Shown one piece after another: positions 27,788-37,400 of a DNA stretch of 64,000 nt (its first letter is position 1; each line of letters starts with the position of its first letter). Position numbers and translations under genes: made by a program. Under the pieces are notes generated by a model. The model saw only the letters and a program-made list of their open reading frames with translations. It was not told the DNA's origin and ran no database searches. Origin of the DNA: Acidimicrobiia bacterium. Lineage in GTDB: Bacteria > Actinomycetota > Acidimicrobiia > Acidimicrobiales > Aldehydirespiratoraceae. Where the stretch lies: assembly GCA_024421085.1 (NCBI GenBank), contig JAHQYN010000002.1, positions 16,871 to 80,870 of the forward strand. Direction: 5' to 3'.

Positions 27788-27860
27788 ATGACCGAAACAA
27801 GTTGGAGCGGGACTGTTGCCGTGGCATCATTGCCAACGCTTCACGCTTCGCGGGTCGCAG

Positions 27861-27933
27861 GCTCCCTTAGCTCAGTCGGTAGAGCGTCTCCATGGTAAGG
27901 AGAAGGTCGTCAGTTCGATTCTGACAGGGAGCT
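27861..27933 (+). tRNA. tRNA-Thr (anticodon GGT)
   Basis: Hand-folded: acceptor GCTCCCT/AGGGAGC, anticodon stem TCTCC/GGAGA, loop ATGGTAA, T-loop TTCGATT. Confidence 0.85.
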
Positions 27934-27956
27934 CACGAAGCGCCATGCCGCTTCGG

Positions 27957-28030
27957 GGCGACGTAGCTCAGTAGGTAAGAGCGCTCGACTCATAATCGAG
28001 AGGTCGACAGTTCGAATCTGTCCGTCGCTA
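27957..28030 (+). tRNA. tRNA-Met (anticodon CAT, elongator-like)
   Basis: Hand-folded: anticodon stem CTCGA/TCGAG, loop CTCATAA, T-loop TTCGAAT. Confidence 0.85.
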
Positions 28031-28051
28031 CAAGCACCACGGGGGGCGGCC

Positions 28052-28708
28052 ATGAGCCCAAGATCCAAGCGTTCATCGAAGTTGCGAATCGTCACGGACC
28101 CGTCACGTAACCCGGCGCAACCCGCCAAGTCCAATGATCGTGCCAACGACACCGACGAGCTCGTAGCTCGAGCGAAGTCCGGCGAACGTCAGGCGTTCGA
28201 CGAGTTGGTGCGCCTCACCCATGGCGACGCTTTCGGGTTGGCAATACGACTGACCGGCAACGAACAGGACGCACGAGACGTGGTTCAAGACGCTTACCTC
28301 CGGGCCTACAAGGGGCTCGCCCGCTTTCGCGGCGATGCCCGCTTCAGTACCTGGCTGTATCGAATCGTCGCCAACTGCGCCTCGACGCACAGCACTAAGA
28401 AACGGCGGCACCGCCACGACGAGCTCCCCGACGAAGCGCTCCTCGCCGAGACCAGACCCGACAACGACCCCGCCCTGCGCGGTGACTTCCTGGCTCTGCG
28501 AGACGAACTCGAGGCCGCGGTTGCAGGCCTGCCGGACCGCCTCCGCGCCGTGGTCGTGCTGCGCGATGTCTACGGCCTGCCGCACGAAGCGATCGCCGAG
28601 GAGCTCGGCATCTCGTTGAGCTCGTCGAAAGTTCGTCTTCATCGGGCGCGCCAACGGCTCCGCGAGCAGTTGTTCCCGAACCACCGGGAGGAGCTCCGTG
28701 CCATCTGA
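28052..28708 (+). CDS. ECF-type RNA polymerase sigma factor
   Basis: Region 2 DVVQDAYLRAYKGLARFRGDARFSTWLYRIV. Region 4 LRDVYGLPHEAIAEELGISLSSSKVRLHRARQRL. Confidence 0.85.
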   Translation: MSPRSKRSSKLRIVTDPSRNPAQPAKSNDRANDTDELVARAKSGERQAFDELVRLTHGDAFGLAIRLTGNEQDARDVVQDAYLRAYKGLARFRGDARFSTWLYRIVANCASTHSTKKRRHRHDELPDEALLAETRPDNDPALRGDFLALRDELEAAVAGLPDRLRAVVVLRDVYGLPHEAIAEELGISLSSSKVRLHRARQRLREQLFPNHREELRAI

Positions 28709-29063
28709 GGAGACTCTGCTCACGGGCCACGCCTGCCGCGACCTCGTCGACGAACTGGTGTCTACAGACGAGTCTCGGCTTTCGCTGCCGACTCGCATCC
28801 ATGTGTCTGAGTGCCTTCGCTGCCAAGCAGAGTTGGCGAGCTACCGGCGCCTGCGCGCCATGATGCACAATCTGGCCACAGCGCCCGTTCATGCCGATCC
28901 CACACTCGAGTACGAGATTTCTGTTCTGCTCGACCAGATCGACGACGGCCCGACTCACAGGTTCCCGACCCGCACCGCGGCCGCTGTCGGAGGCATCGCG
29001 GCCGCCGCGGGAGTGATTGCGCTGGCCACGCGTCAACGGCGCTGGGTCCGGCTGGCGAGCTGA
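28698..29063 (+). CDS. membrane-anchored zinc-binding (ZAS-type) anti-sigma factor
   Basis: H-x3-C-x2-C motif (HVSECLRC). C-terminal TM AAAVGGIAAAAGVIALA. 11-nt overlap with the sigma gene. Confidence 0.7.
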   Translation: MPSEETLLTGHACRDLVDELVSTDESRLSLPTRIHVSECLRCQAELASYRRLRAMMHNLATAPVHADPTLEYEISVLLDQIDDGPTHRFPTRTAAAVGGIAAAAGVIALATRQRRWVRLAS

Positions 29064-29121
29064 CCGCGAGAATCTGGGGACCGAATCCGTTGAGGCTCTG
29101 CTAGCCTTGGAGCGCGTTCTC

Positions 29122-29194
29122 AGGGGCGTGGCTCAATTGGTAGAGCACCGGTCTCCAAAACCGGCGGTTGCAGGTTCGAGTCCTGCCGCCCCTG
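29122..29194 (+). tRNA. tRNA-Trp (anticodon CCA)
   Basis: AGGGGCGTGGCTCAATTGGTAGAGCACCGGTCTCCAAAACCGG...TTCGAGT...CGCCCCTG, in the canonical position before secE. Confidence 0.9.
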
Positions 29195-29246
29195 CGTGGC
29201 ACAGTCGCCGTTCCGGCGGCGGCGTCTAGACCCAAGGAATCCGTTC

Positions 29247-29546
29247 ATGTCGATGAACCGACAGCAAAAACGCATGTTGCAGAGGCAAGGTGAGGTTGAT
29301 GCCGATGGCGAGCCGATCCGCGCGCGGCGCAAACAACCGAGTTCGGGTCCCCCTCAGGAGCGAACCGGCTTCATCCAGTTTCTGCGCGAGGTGCGCAACG
29401 AGCTTCGCAAGGTCGCTTGGCCGTCCCGTTCCGAGACCGTCAACTATTCGATCGTCGTGTTGGTGACCGTCATTGTGCTCGGCGCGATGATTTACGGCCT
29501 CGATTGGGTATTTTCGCTGTTTATCCTTGATCTGTTCGACAACTGA
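29247..29546 (+). CDS. secE: preprotein translocase subunit SecE
   Basis: Contains FLREVRNELRKVAWPSRSE plus a TM helix. ATG 29247 with AAGGAA RBS. The longer ORF-track start abuts the tRNA. Confidence 0.85.
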   Translation: MSMNRQQKRMLQRQGEVDADGEPIRARRKQPSSGPPQERTGFIQFLREVRNELRKVAWPSRSETVNYSIVVLVTVIVLGAMIYGLDWVFSLFILDLFDN

Positions 29547-29551
29547 GTTCC

Positions 29552-30355
29552 ATGCCTGACCAATCCGACACCCCGCAACAATCCGACACCCTAGGGCCAG
29601 CCGGTGCCGCGCACCCCGGTGCCGCGTCCGCAGCGGTCGGGGCGGGTCTCGCCAACGCTTGGACGGGGCCGGACTCCACGCCGACGCCTGGCCCCGCCGG
29701 AGTTGTCGGCACCGAGCCTGCGCAAGGCCCCGACACCGCTGCAGAACCCGAGGTCCTCAGCGAAGACGACATCCTGGCTGGCGAAGAGGAACCCTACATC
29801 TCCCCCTACGACCGCCCGGGCCGTTGGTTCGTGCTCCACACCCAGTCGGGCTATGAGAAGAAGGTCAAGCAGAACCTTCAGGCACGCATCGCCTCGATGA
29901 ACATGGAGGAGCGCATCTACGAGGTGGTCATTCCAACCCGCGAGACCCCCGAGTTCAAGAACGGCAAGAAGGTGATCACCGAGAAGAAGCTGTTCCCCGG
30001 CTACCTGCTGTGCCGAACCAGCCTCGACGACGACTCCTGGTACGTGATCCGCAACACGCCCGGAGTCACCGGTTTCGTCAACCAGGGCGGCAAGCCCTCG
30101 CCGATGCCCCGCAAGGATGTGGAGAATTTCCTCGGCGTCGAAGCAGACCGCACCCAGGAGGCGGCCAAGCACTCAAAACCTATGTTCGAGTACGGCATGG
30201 GGGAGACCGTCCGGGTCCGCGAGGGCCCATTCGCCGACTTCTCCGGGGAGATCATCGAGATCAACGAAGACCAACTGCGCGTCAAGGTCCTCGTCAACAT
30301 CTTCGGCCGCGAGACCCCCGTCGAACTCGAGTTCGCCCAAGTCGCCCGGCTCTGA
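29552..30355 (+). CDS. nusG: transcription termination/antitermination factor NusG (with about 88-aa N-terminal extension)
   Basis: NGN WFVLHTQSGYEKKV. KOW GETVRVREGPFADFSGEI. Confidence 0.95.
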   Translation: MPDQSDTPQQSDTLGPAGAAHPGAASAAVGAGLANAWTGPDSTPTPGPAGVVGTEPAQGPDTAAEPEVLSEDDILAGEEEPYISPYDRPGRWFVLHTQSGYEKKVKQNLQARIASMNMEERIYEVVIPTRETPEFKNGKKVITEKKLFPGYLLCRTSLDDDSWYVIRNTPGVTGFVNQGGKPSPMPRKDVENFLGVEADRTQEAAKHSKPMFEYGMGETVRVREGPFADFSGEIIEINEDQLRVKVLVNIFGRETPVELEFAQVARL

Positions 30356-30388
30356 AGATAATTTTCGACTGACTCCAGCCACCACAAC

Positions 30389-30472
30389 CCCCACCCCCGT
30401 TCAAAAGGCCCCCACCCCCGTTCAAAAGGCCCCCACCCCCGTCCGAAAGGCCCCCACCCCCGTCCGAAAGGA
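30389..30472. repeat. 21-bp x4 perfect-period tandem repeat in the nusG-rplK spacer
   Basis: ccccacccccgt(t/c)c(a/g)aaagg(c/a) x4. The last copy supplies part of the rplK Shine-Dalgarno. Confidence 0.9.
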
Positions 30473-30478
30473 AGGCAC

Positions 30479-30907
30479 ATGGCCAAGAAAAAGGTCTCCG
30501 CTGTTGTAAGAATCCAGATCCCCGCTGGCCAGGCCTCGCCCGCGCCCCCCGTGGGCACGGCGCTCGGTCCCCACGGCGTGGCCATCATGGACTTCTGCCG
30601 CGACTACAACGCCAGCACCGAGGACCGGCGCGGCCAGGTCATCCCAGCGGAGATCACCGTCTTCGAAGACCGCTCCTTCTCCTTCATCCTCAAGACGCCG
30701 CCTACCGCCTCCCTGATCAAGAAGGCAGCAGGCATCGAATCGGCCGCGAACAACGCCGGGCGCGAGACGGTCGGGACCATCACAGACGCTCAAGTCGCGG
30801 AGATCGCCGAGATCAAGATGCCCGACCTCAATGCGATCGATCTCCAAGGCGCCAAGCAGCAGGTCGCCGGCACTGCCCGCTCGATGGGGGTCGAGGTGGC
30901 CGGCTGA
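30479..30907 (+). CDS. rplK: 50S ribosomal protein L11
   Basis: [34 protein letters not shown]. Confidence 0.95.
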   Translation: MAKKKVSAVVRIQIPAGQASPAPPVGTALGPHGVAIMDFCRDYNASTEDRRGQVIPAEITVFEDRSFSFILKTPPTASLIKKAAGIESAANNAGRETVGTITDAQVAEIAEIKMPDLNAIDLQGAKQQVAGTARSMGVEVAG

Positions 30908-31002
30908 GGAGCCGCCGACCAACAAGACCGACCGGCTGAGATGCAGCCGAATGCTCGTACCGGAAGACCTCACCGGGCGGCAGCAACTGAGAGGGAGCCA
31001 CA

Positions 31003-31701
31003 ATGGCGAAAGCAAAGCAGTACCGAGACAACAGCGCGAAGTTCGACCGCAACCATCTGCACTCCGGTGCCGATGCCCTTGCGATCATCAAGTCGCTCGG
31101 CGCCAAGAAGTTCGACGAGAGCGTCGACGTGGTGATCCGACTCGGCGTCGATCCTCGCAAGGCCGATCAGATGATCCGCGGCACGGTCGCGCTCCCGTCG
31201 GGCACCGGCAAAGACGTGCGAATCGCCGTGTTCGCCCAGGGCGAGGCGGCAACCGCCGCTCGCGAAGCCGGTGCAGAACACGTCGGCGGCGAAGATCTCG
31301 CCGCCGAGGTTCAGGGTGGCATGACTGACTTCGACGTGGCGATCGCCACGCCAGACATGATGCCGACTGTCGGAAAGCTCGGGCGCATCCTCGGACCGCG
31401 GGGGCTGATGCCGAACCCCAAGACCGGCACAGTGACCCCCGATGTGGTCAAGGCGATCGGAGAGTTCAAGGGCGGCACCGTCGAGTACCGCACAGACCGG
31501 TTCGCCAACGTCCACGTGCCGATCGGCAAGGCCTCTTTCAGCGAAGAGGCGCTGTTGAGCAACCTTCGCGCTCTCACCGCTGAACTGCAACGGGCGAAGC
31601 CTGCCGCAGCCAAGGGCAAGTACGTCCGCAAGATAGTCGTATCGACCACCATGGGCCCCGGCGTGCAGATCGATCCGGCTCTCGTCGCCAGCGATGCCTG
31701 A
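31003..31701 (+). CDS. rplA: 50S ribosomal protein L1
   Basis: [33 protein letters not shown]. Confidence 0.95.
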   Translation: MAKAKQYRDNSAKFDRNHLHSGADALAIIKSLGAKKFDESVDVVIRLGVDPRKADQMIRGTVALPSGTGKDVRIAVFAQGEAATAAREAGAEHVGGEDLAAEVQGGMTDFDVAIATPDMMPTVGKLGRILGPRGLMPNPKTGTVTPDVVKAIGEFKGGTVEYRTDRFANVHVPIGKASFSEEALLSNLRALTAELQRAKPAAAKGKYVRKIVVSTTMGPGVQIDPALVASDA

Positions 31702-31717
31702 TGCCGCGCGGACCGAC

Positions 31718-31765
31718 CTGAGTCGCTGAGTCGGCTGAGTTCGCTGAGTCGCTGAATCGACTGAG
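31718..31765. repeat. 8-9-bp ctgag(t) repeat x6 just after rplA
   Basis: cctgagtcgctgagtcggctgagttcgctgagtcgctgaatcgactgagc. Confidence 0.7.
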
Positions 31766-31801
31766 CAATAACCGGCAACCGACGATAACCTCGTCCGCAC
31801 A

Positions 31802-31990
31802 ACTGAAGACCTTGTTCACCGAAGACCTCCGGTGCGCTCAACAAGAACCCTTCTTGAAGAGCACCAATGGGCAGATGCCCGCCGGACGAGGAGAGCTTCC
31901 TGATCGCCCCGAATCCAAGGGGCCTCGTCTGGGCGTTCGCCGATCCGGTGGGCGCCCGAAGTCATTTTTCAGACCGAGAGGAGGAGCGAA
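31802..31990 (+). promoter_or_regulatory. possible rplJ (L10) autoregulatory leader
   Basis: 289-nt untranslated gap before rplJ, with a T5 run (tcatttttc) just before the GAGAGGAGG RBS. Called by position only; the structure was not verified. Confidence 0.3.
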
Positions 31991-32812
31991 ATGAAGAACC
32001 CGAATCCCGCCAAAGTCGCGGTGGTCGACGAGCTGAAGGAGAAGTTCGCCGACACCGACGGCATGATCCTCACCGAGTATCGGGGTCTCGACGTGGCCGC
32101 TATGGCCGAGTTGCGTCACGCCCTGCGCCAAGCAGGCGGAGAGTACAAGATCTACAAGAACACACTGGTGCGTCTGGCCGCACGCGACGCCGGCCTTGAG
32201 ATCGAGGACCTGCTCGTCGGACCGACCGCGCTCGCTTTCGTCGGAGAACGGCCCGACGGTTCCGACGGAGATGTCGCGGCCGTTGCCAAAGCAATCCGGG
32301 AGTTCGCAAAGTCCAACCAACTGCTGGTGGTCAAAGGCGGCGTGCTCGGCGATAAGCCGCTCGACTCAGACGAGATCAAGGCGCTCGCCGAGCTGCCGTC
32401 CCGGGAAATCCTGCTGGCTCAACTGGCCGGTGCTTTCCAGGCGCCGATGGCGTCCTTCGCCCGTCTGCTCTCGGCAGTGCCGCGCCACTTCGCTTACGCA
32501 CTCAACGCGCTGATCGAAAAGCGGGGAGGCCCCGATGCCGTCGCTGAGACCCCCGCTGAGACCCCCGCTGAAGGCGAGCCCCGAAGCGACCAGTCCGAAC
32601 CCGACACGACCGCCGCTGCACCAACCGCCGCTGCACCAACCGACGACGGCGACGCGACCGGCGATGCGTCAACCGCCGCGACTGCCGCTGCCCCGACTGC
32701 CGCTGCGGCCGCGGAGTCCGACGATGCATCCAACCCAACCGAGGCGTCGGCTGACGCCGATGCCGGACAAGCCGGCGAGTCTGGCGAAGCCAGCCAAGAA
32801 AAGGAGGCCTGA
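31991..32812 (+). CDS. rplJ: 50S ribosomal protein L10 with about 100-aa low-complexity C-terminal extension
   Basis: [32 protein letters not shown]. Confidence 0.95.
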   Translation: MKNPNPAKVAVVDELKEKFADTDGMILTEYRGLDVAAMAELRHALRQAGGEYKIYKNTLVRLAARDAGLEIEDLLVGPTALAFVGERPDGSDGDVAAVAKAIREFAKSNQLLVVKGGVLGDKPLDSDEIKALAELPSREILLAQLAGAFQAPMASFARLLSAVPRHFAYALNALIEKRGGPDAVAETPAETPAEGEPRSDQSEPDTTAAAPTAAAPTDDGDATGDASTAATAAAPTAAAAAESDDASNPTEASADADAGQAGESGEASQEKEA

Positions 32813-32813
32813 C

Positions 32814-33209
32814 ATGGCAACCGAGCAAGCAACCAAAGAACAGATCCTCGATGCGATCGGCGCTATGAGCGTCCTTGAACTGAGCGAGCTGTTGACGGAT
32901 TTCGAGGAGAGGTTCGGCGTGACGGCCGCCGCCCCGGCGGTCGCTGCAGTCGCGGCGCCTGTCGGCGACGGCGCCGGTGAGGCCGAGGCCGAGGAGCAGA
33001 CGGAATTCGACGTGCTCCTCACCGCCATCGGCGAAAAGAAGATCCAGGTCATCAAGGAGGTGCGCGGACTCACCTCCCTGGGCCTCAAGGAGGCCAAGGA
33101 GCTCGTCGACGGCGCCCCCTCCAAGATCTTGGAGGGAGTTGCCGTCGCCGACGCCGAGAAGGCCAAGGAAGCACTCGAAGCGGCGGGCGCCAGCGTCGAA
33201 CTCCAATAG
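32814..33209 (+). CDS. rplL: 50S ribosomal protein L7/L12
   Basis: ATG 32814, one nt after the rplJ stop, with AAGGAGG RBS. Contains [17 protein letters not shown] and [27 protein letters not shown]. Confidence 0.95.
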   Translation: MATEQATKEQILDAIGAMSVLELSELLTDFEERFGVTAAAPAVAAVAAPVGDGAGEAEAEEQTEFDVLLTAIGEKKIQVIKEVRGLTSLGLKEAKELVDGAPSKILEGVAVADAEKAKEALEAAGASVELQ

Positions 33210-34190
33210 GTGGCCGTCAACCACATCAACGTTGTTGTCGACAACGACGAGTTGATCGTCACCTGGCGAGGTGGGTCAGCGTCGTTGTCGGTCTTCGTCT
33301 CCGACGATCCCGACGATCCCGGAACCGATGTCCGCGCCCCGCACGGAGCGGGCCGCACCGTCATCGCCCGCTCGAAGGACCGACAGTACATCCACCTGTT
33401 CGAGCCCGGGCAGGGGTTCACCGTCGCCGCACAGCGCTGCTTGGACACCGACGGCCCCGACAACTTCCGCGACCTCGGCGGCTACCCGACGCTCCACGGC
33501 TCGTCCACCCGCTGGGGACGCGTGTTTCGCAGTGACCGGCTCGACGGACTCAGCGCCGACGACCAGGCAATGATCGAGTCGCTGGGCATCTCCACTGTGT
33601 TCGACCTGCGCAGCAACGCTGAAGCCGCCGCGGCCCCCGACCAACTGCCCGGCACCGTCACCCGCGTCCACCTCCCGATGTCCAGCGATGTGGCACAGCA
33701 TCGCAGCCTGCTGGCGCGCATCATCGACGGCACCCTCCCCAAGTTCGACAACGACGACATGGCCGCCGGGTACCTGAACATGCTCGAAGGGTTCGGCGAC
33801 TACTTCACAGAGGTCATCGACACGGTCGCCGCGGGGCAGCGCATCCTCTTTCACTGCACGGCAGGCAAAGACCGCACCGGTGTCATGGCGATGGTGCTCC
33901 TGGGACTGGCCGGAGTACCAGAGCCGTACCTGCTCGACGACTACGAGATCAGCCAGCGGTACCGCAGACCGGGCAGCGATTCGCGATTCCAGGAACAGAT
34001 CCGCGCTGCGGGATTCGATCCTGAGGATTTCGCGACGATGTGGCTGTCGCCGAGGGTCGTCATGCGACAGACGCTCGACGGGCTGCGGCAGCGCTGGCGG
34101 GACCACGCCGGCTACCTCGACTCGATCGGCGTGAGCGATGAGACGGTCAACGCAGCCCGCTCGAGTCTGTGCACACCGGGCCTCGGATAA
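33210..34190 (+). CDS. protein-tyrosine phosphatase (Y_phosphatase3-like)
   Basis: CX5R P-loop HCTAGKDRTG, plus FRDLGGYP and FRSDRL. GTG start immediately after the rplL stop. Confidence 0.8.
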   Translation: MAVNHINVVVDNDELIVTWRGGSASLSVFVSDDPDDPGTDVRAPHGAGRTVIARSKDRQYIHLFEPGQGFTVAAQRCLDTDGPDNFRDLGGYPTLHGSSTRWGRVFRSDRLDGLSADDQAMIESLGISTVFDLRSNAEAAAAPDQLPGTVTRVHLPMSSDVAQHRSLLARIIDGTLPKFDNDDMAAGYLNMLEGFGDYFTEVIDTVAAGQRILFHCTAGKDRTGVMAMVLLGLAGVPEPYLLDDYEISQRYRRPGSDSRFQEQIRAAGFDPEDFATMWLSPRVVMRQTLDGLRQRWRDHAGYLDSIGVSDETVNAARSSLCTPGLG

Positions 34191-34233
34191 TCCCGCCGAC
34201 AACGCCACCGGACAACGCCGGATAGGCCGGCAC

Positions 34234-34262
34234 TTGACCTCGGCAGGCAACTGGCCTATTGT
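34234..34262 (+). promoter_or_regulatory. candidate sigma-A-type promoter (TTGACC-17 nt-TATTGT)
   Basis: TTGACC at 34234-34239, a 17-nt spacer, then TATTGT at 34257-34262, in the gap upstream of rpoB. Confidence 0.4.
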
Positions 34263-34295
34263 TCGCTTATCTTCGGCTGGTTCACCGGCCTGGGG

Positions 34296-34334
34296 CGCGC
34301 CGCCAAATTAACCGGCAGGCGCGGCTTTTTGTTG
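34296..34334 (+). terminator. intrinsic terminator-like hairpin with T-tract
   Basis: cgcgccgcc (34296-34304) pairs with ggc-a-ggcgcg (34314-34323). This gives a 9-bp GC stem with one bulge and a 9-nt loop, followed by gcTTTTTGTTG. Confidence 0.55.
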
Positions 34335-34477
34335 CCCAAGTTGCTGTCCGGCTCCGCGCCCTCTAGCCTCTGAGGCAGCGTGGTCCCCTTGGCACCTGTT
34401 CCGACCAACTTCCGATCGATTTCTCGCGCTCCGGTTGCCGCGCTCCGTTTTCGTTCACTGGCAACTCAGGAGCTCTG

Positions 34478-37400
34478 GTGACAACACGCGCCGAACCACG
34501 CGAACGCTATTCGTTCGGAAACCTCAAAGAGGTTCTCGAACTGCCGAATCTGATCGCTGTTCAAAGGAGATCGTTTGAATGGCTGCTCAAGGAGGGACTG
34601 GCCCAGACCTTCCGAGACATCAGTCCGATCCGCGACTTCGCCGAGACGCTTCAACTTGAACTCGAGTTCGATCCCGACGACGAGGACCTCTGTCCGCCGC
34701 CGAAGTTCACCGTCGAGGAATGCAAAGAAAAGGACATGACCTACAGCGCGCCGATATTCGTGCGCGCCCGGTTCATGAACGCCAACACCGGAGAGATCAA
34801 GGAACAGACCGTCTTCATGGGCGACTTCCCGATGATGACCGAGAAGGGAACCTTCATCATCAACGGCACTGAGCGGGTCGTCGTGTCACAGCTCGTGCGG
34901 TCCCCCGGCGTCATCTTCCAGCCCGGCGAGCGCTACCGGCTGCGCAACCGCAGCAAGCATCAGATTGTCACCGGAACCATCCACCCGTACCGCGGCGAGT
35001 GGATCGAGTTCGACGTCGAGCAGAAGCCCGGCAAGGACACGACCGCCGGCGCACGTGTCGCCCGCAAGCGCCGCATCTCGCTGTTCACCCTGCTGCGGGC
35101 CCTCGGCTACGACGAGGAGAACGAACCGGGCTTCCTCGACCGCCTCGTCGAACACTTCCACCTCCTCGAGGGCCAGTGGGAGAAGGACAAAGAGGTCGCG
35201 CCCACCCGAGAGGAGTCACTCCTCGAGATCTACAAGCGGGCACGCCCCGGCGAACCGCACACGGTCGAGTCGGCGCGTTCATACTTCCGCAACGCCTTCT
35301 TCGACCCGCGCCGCTACGACCTGTCACGGGTGGGCCGCTACAAGCTCAACCGCAAGCTCGGCCCGGAGATCGACTTCCTCGAAGAGCAGTTCGGTCTGGA
35401 TCTGGAACGGCCCGACCCGGACCAGTCCGTGCTCGCCCAAGCCGAGATGCTGGCTGCGACGACCTACCTGCTCAACCTGGCCCACGCCACCCCCGGCTAC
35501 CGCCTCGACGACCAGGACCACTTCGCCAACCGTCGTATCCGCAGCGTCGGCGAGTTGATCCAGAATCAAGTCCGCATCGGCCTGTCGCGTATGGAGCGCG
35601 TCGTCCGTGAGCGCATGACCACCCAGGATGTGGAGGCGATCGCTCCCCAGACACTGATCAACATCCGTCCGGTCGTCGCCGCGATCAAGGAGTTCTTCGG
35701 GACCTCGCAGCTCTCGCAGTTCATGGACCAGGTCAACCCGCTGTCGGGGCTGACCCACCGCCGCCGCCTGTCTGCGCTCGGACCCGGTGGGCTGTCGCGC
35801 GAGCGCGCAGGCTTCGAAGTCCGCGACGTCCACTTCTCACACTACGGCCGCATGTGCCCCATCGAGACGCCCGAGGGCCCCAACATCGGCCTGATCGGCG
35901 GTCTGGCATCCTACGCGCGGGTCAACCCGTTCGGTTTCATCGAGTCTCCCTACCGGGTGGTCACCGACGGGACGGTCACCGACGAGATCGTCTACCTCGC
36001 CGCCGACGAGGAGGAGGAGTTCGTCGTCGCCCAGGCCAACGCTCCCATCGACGATGAGGGGAAGTTCATCAACGACCGTGTCCTGGTGAGGCGTTCCCCG
36101 CAGGCCGTGTCGCTCAAGGAACTGCGCGCGCAGCTCGACGAAGACGTCTTCTTCGGCGCGACCACCGAGATCTCCTCGGTCCCCCCCGCCGAAGTCCAGA
36201 TGATGGACGTCTCGCCGAAGCAGATCATCTCGGTCGCCACTGCGCTCATTCCGTTCCTCGAACACGACGACGCCAACCGGGCCCTGATGGGTGCCAACAT
36301 GCAGCGTCAAGCGGTGCCCCTGGTGCGTTCCGAAGCGCCCTACATCGGCACCGGCATTGAGACCGCCTGTGCAGCCGACGCAGGCGACATAGTGCTCGCC
36401 GAAGACGACGGAACAGTGCTCGAGCTCGACGCGCAGCACATGGTCATCGACTACCGCAAGCTCGGCCGCCAGAACATTCGGCTGAAGCGCTTCGAGCGCT
36501 CGAACCAGGACTCCTGCATCTCCCACAAGCCGCGGGTCGCAGTCGGTGACAAAGTCACTGCCGGCCAGTTGTTGGCCGACGGTCCCTCCACCGACAACGG
36601 GGAGCTGGCGCTCGGCAAGAACCTGCTCGTGGCCTTCATGCCCTGGGAGGGCTACAACTTCGAGGACGCCATCATCCTCTCTGAGCGGCTCGTAAAAGAC
36701 GACGTGCTCACCTCGGTCCACATCCATGAACACGAGATCGATGCCCGCGACACCAAGCTCGGCGCCGAGGACATCACCCGCGACATCCCCAACCTGAGCG
36801 ACGACGTGCTCGCCGACCTCGACGAACGCGGCATTATCCGGGTCGGGGCCGAGGTCGGGCCCGGCGACGTGCTCGTCGGCAAGGTCACACCCAAAGGCGA
36901 GACGGAGCTGACGCCCGAAGAGCGCCTGCTGCGCGCGATCTTCGGTGAGAAGGCCCGAGAGGTGCGCGACACCTCTCTCAAGGTGCCCCACGGTGAGAGC
37001 GGCAAGGTCATCGACGTCAAGGCCTTCAGCCGCGACGATGCCGAGCTCCCGCCGGGCGTCAACCAACTGGTCCGGGTCCATGTGGCCCAGAAACGCAAGA
37101 TCAGCGTCGGCGACAAGCTCGCCGGGCGCCACGGCAACAAGGGTGTCATCTCCAAGATCCTCCCGATCGAGGACATGCCCTACAACGCCGACGGCCAACC
37201 GGTGGACATCATCTTGAACCCGCTGGGCGTGCCGTCGCGGATGAACGTCGGACAGGTGCTGGAGGCGCACCTCGGCTACTGCGCCCGCTGGGGCTGGGAG
37301 ACCGACGGCGGCAGAGTCGGCAAACAGCCGGTCCGCGACACCGAGTCCAAGACCCGCCCAACCACAGACCCGGCGGTGTTCATCTCCACGCCCGTCTTCG

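Noticed and set aside
23087-27791. Long antisense ORFs 23087-24031(-), 25413-26327(-), 25576-26382(-) and 26439-27791(+)
   Set aside because: They lie opposite the VWA, glycosyltransferase and MFS genes. They are extremely Arg/Pro/Gly-rich with no domains.
30117-30509. Reading the 21-bp leader repeats as a PTPVQKA heptapeptide-repeat protein
   Set aside because: The frame is not continuous with nusG or rplK. Upstream of the repeats the ORF is merely an out-of-frame overlap of nusG.
32535-33209. 224-aa version of the rplL ORF and similar N-terminal over-extensions (rpoC 37894, rpsL 42046, rpsG 42243, rpsJ 46310, rplX 53528, rpsN 54803, rplR 55995, rpsE 56234, rplO 56808)
   Set aside because: The extensions overlap the preceding gene and lack similarity. 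Conserved N-termini with an RBS or stop-start coupling define the shorter starts used above.
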